Source: an uncultured Spirochaetota bacterium
GTDB lineage: Bacteria > Spirochaetota > Spirochaetia > SZUA-6 > Fen-1364
Length of the DNA stretch: 64,000 nucleotides
Assembly (NCBI GenBank): GCA_963734545.1
Contig: CAVTHO010000004.1
Coordinates: 719,974 to 783,973, forward strand
Direction of reading: 5' to 3'
Made by a program: the position numbers and the translations under genes. Shown here piece by piece: positions 62,159 to 64,000 of the stretch (its first letter is position 1; every line of letters starts with the position of its first letter). A model generated the notes under the pieces. That model was not told where the DNA came from. It saw only the letters and a list, made by a program, of their open reading frames with translations, and searched no databases.

Positions 62159-63693
62159 TCAGGCGAGCGGGCCGACTCTTTCTTCCACCCGCCGGATGAT
62201 CTCCCCGCTCATGACCAGCTCCCGCATGGTCTCGATGTCGCGCGACAGCTCCCTGTCCTTGTCGAGAACGGGAATCTTCTCCCGGCAGGCCTTGTATGCG
62301 GCCTCCGTTCCCCGGCCGGGCCGGCCCTTTGTCAGGAGGTCGACCGCCTGGCAGCCGCAGAGCAGCTCGATGGCGATCACCGATTCCGCGTTCTGGATGA
62401 TCGACCGGCACTTGCGCGCCGAGATGGTGCCCATGCTCACGTGGTCCTCCTTGTTCGCGGAGGTGGGGATGGAATCCACGCAGGCCGGATGGGAAAGGAC
62501 CTTGTTCTCCGAGACGAGCGCGGCCGCCGTGTACTGCGCGATCATGAAGCCGGAGTTCAGGCCGGAGTCGTTCACGAGAAACGCGGGCAGGCCGCTCAGC
62601 TGCGGATTGACCAGCCGCTCGATCCTGCGCTCCGAGATGTTGGCAAGCTCGGCGGCGGCCATGCACAGGTAGTCCGCTGCCAGCGCAAGGGGCTGCCCGT
62701 GGAAGTTGCCCCCCAGCAGGAACTCCCCGGTCTCGGCGAAGATGAGCGGGTTGGTCGTGGCGGAATCCAGCTCGATCTCCACGACGCGCCGCACGTGGCT
62801 CACCGCGTCCCGGCTCGCGCCGTGCACCTGCGGCGAGCAGCGCAGCGTGTACGCGTCCTGGATCCTGCCGCAGTCCTTGTGGGACGACATGATGACGCTG
62901 TCCTGCGTGATGCGGTACATGTTGTCCGCGGCGGCGACCTGGCCCGGGTGGGGGCCGCACCCGGTGGATCCGCGGGTCGAACTCCACGTTCGTGCCCATG
63001 AGCACCTCGAGGCTCATCGAGCACGCGATGTCGGCCGTCTGCGCCAGACGCTCGGCGTCGTGCACGGCAAGGCCGGTGATCCCCGCCATGACCTGCGTGC
63101 CGTTGATGAGCGCAAGCCCCTCGCCTGCCTCGAGCTGCACGGGGGCAAGACCCGCCGCCGCCAGCGCTTCCCGGCCCCCCATGCGCGCGCCGCGGAAGAA
63201 CGCCTCGCCCTTGCCGATCAGCACGAGGGCCAGGTGCGCCATCGGCGCAAGGTCGCCGCTGGCGCCGACAGACCCCTTTTCGGGGACCAGCGGGAACCAC
63301 GCTCGGAGTTCAGGAGGTCGACGAGGGCCTGCAGCGTCTCCAGGCGAAGCCCCGCGTGTCCCTTGGACAGGTCCTGCACGCGCACGGCCATCGTGGCCCG
63401 GACCACCTCGCCGGGGAAGCGGGTCCCCCACGCCGGCAGCGTGGCTCATGAGGATGTTCTCCTGCAGGCGCCGGGTCTGCTCCGTGGAATGGCGACATCG
63501 CACAGCGCACCGAACCCGGTGGTCACTCCGTAGACGGCCCTGCCCTGCCCGGACCCACGTCTCCACGAGCGCCCGTGCGGCCTGTCACGCGCTCCCGCGC
63601 CGAGGGTGAAAGCTCGACCTTCGCCCCCGCGCGCGCTATGGCGGTCAGGGCGTCGACGGTCAGGGGGCCATCGCCGATGATGATAGTGTTCAT
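62159..63693 (-). CDS. hutH: Histidine ammonia-lyase (frameshifted)
   Basis: ILMSHAAGVG, GSVGASGDLAP (MIO ASG), EGLALINGT, QDAYTLRC, GGNFHG and SANKEDHVSMG. Confidence 0.94.
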
Positions 63694-64000
63694 GTGCGGC
63701 TCCGTTCGTTCAGGCTTTTCTCGACCATTGCATCAACCCGCACGACTGTTTTGACTATTGCACCGAGCGCCTTCGCGGCATCACTTTCCAGCTCATCCTT
63801 CAGCTTTTCGTCCTTCAGGGACGGGAGATTGACCCGGACGTTCCAGGCCGCGGCCACGGCGCCTGCCCGGATCATTTGCGCGGCCGATCCCGCGTCTGTG
63901 ATGCAGGCGGGGTTTCCCGACTGAGCGGCTCGCTCGACGAGGTCCGCGAGAGCCGCCATGGCTTCAAGGGTTTCCAGCGGCACGCGCGCGGATCTGATCG
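63690..64000 (-). CDS. ftcD: Formiminotetrahydrofolate cyclodeaminase domain (FTCD C-terminus), 5'-truncated by window
   Basis: VPLETL...GNPACITDAG...AAWNVRVNL; directly upstream of hutH. Confidence 0.8.
   Translation of the reverse strand, partial: IRSARVPLETLEAMAALADLVERAAQSGNPACITDAGSAAQMIRAGAVAAAWNVRVNLPSLKDEKLKDELESDAAKALGAIVKTVVRVDAMVEKSLNERSRT

Noticed and set aside
61459-62199. GlnE C-terminal extension through the repeat into hutH
   Set aside because: More likely an indel just before the TAG at 61992-61994; needs read confirmation.
34892-63693. Pseudogene status for icd, glnA, the kinase, glnE and hutH
   Set aside because: Single-base indels, often in G/C runs, affect many conserved genes whose motifs are intact. 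This is typical of uncorrected long-read consensus.

Overview
High-GC chromosomal segment, most likely from a free-living Spirochaetota genome (prfA-prmC-rel operon, spirochaete-type lipoproteins, TPR and SH3 proteins). About 44 CDS; no rRNA, tRNA, CRISPR array, IS or prophage was recognised. Many genes, including prfA, icd, glnA, glnE and hutH, carry 1-bp frameshifts that look like long-read consensus errors. Content: adenylate cyclase; two 'OM beta-barrel-like protein + Ig-repeat lipoprotein' pairs (one barrel fused to a transglutaminase-like domain and TPRs); DAK2-DegV fusion with plsY; TetR-MMPL-LolA-like-barrel operon; housekeeping genes; sigma54-promoter glnA; a sigma54-promoter ChvE/GguAB sugar operon with its own SBP, kinase and enhancer-binding regulator; an unusual GlnE; hut genes. 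Most notable: (1) dispersed REP-like structured repeats, including a 53-nt three-way-junction element with two compensatory base-pair swaps between copies, in-frame copies inside MltD and a U32 peptidase, and a second set of hairpins with CsrA-type GGA loops; (2) a GlnE with GlnD-like ACT domains at its N-terminus and apparently reversed transferase/removase order. All calls come from manual reading; no database searches were run.
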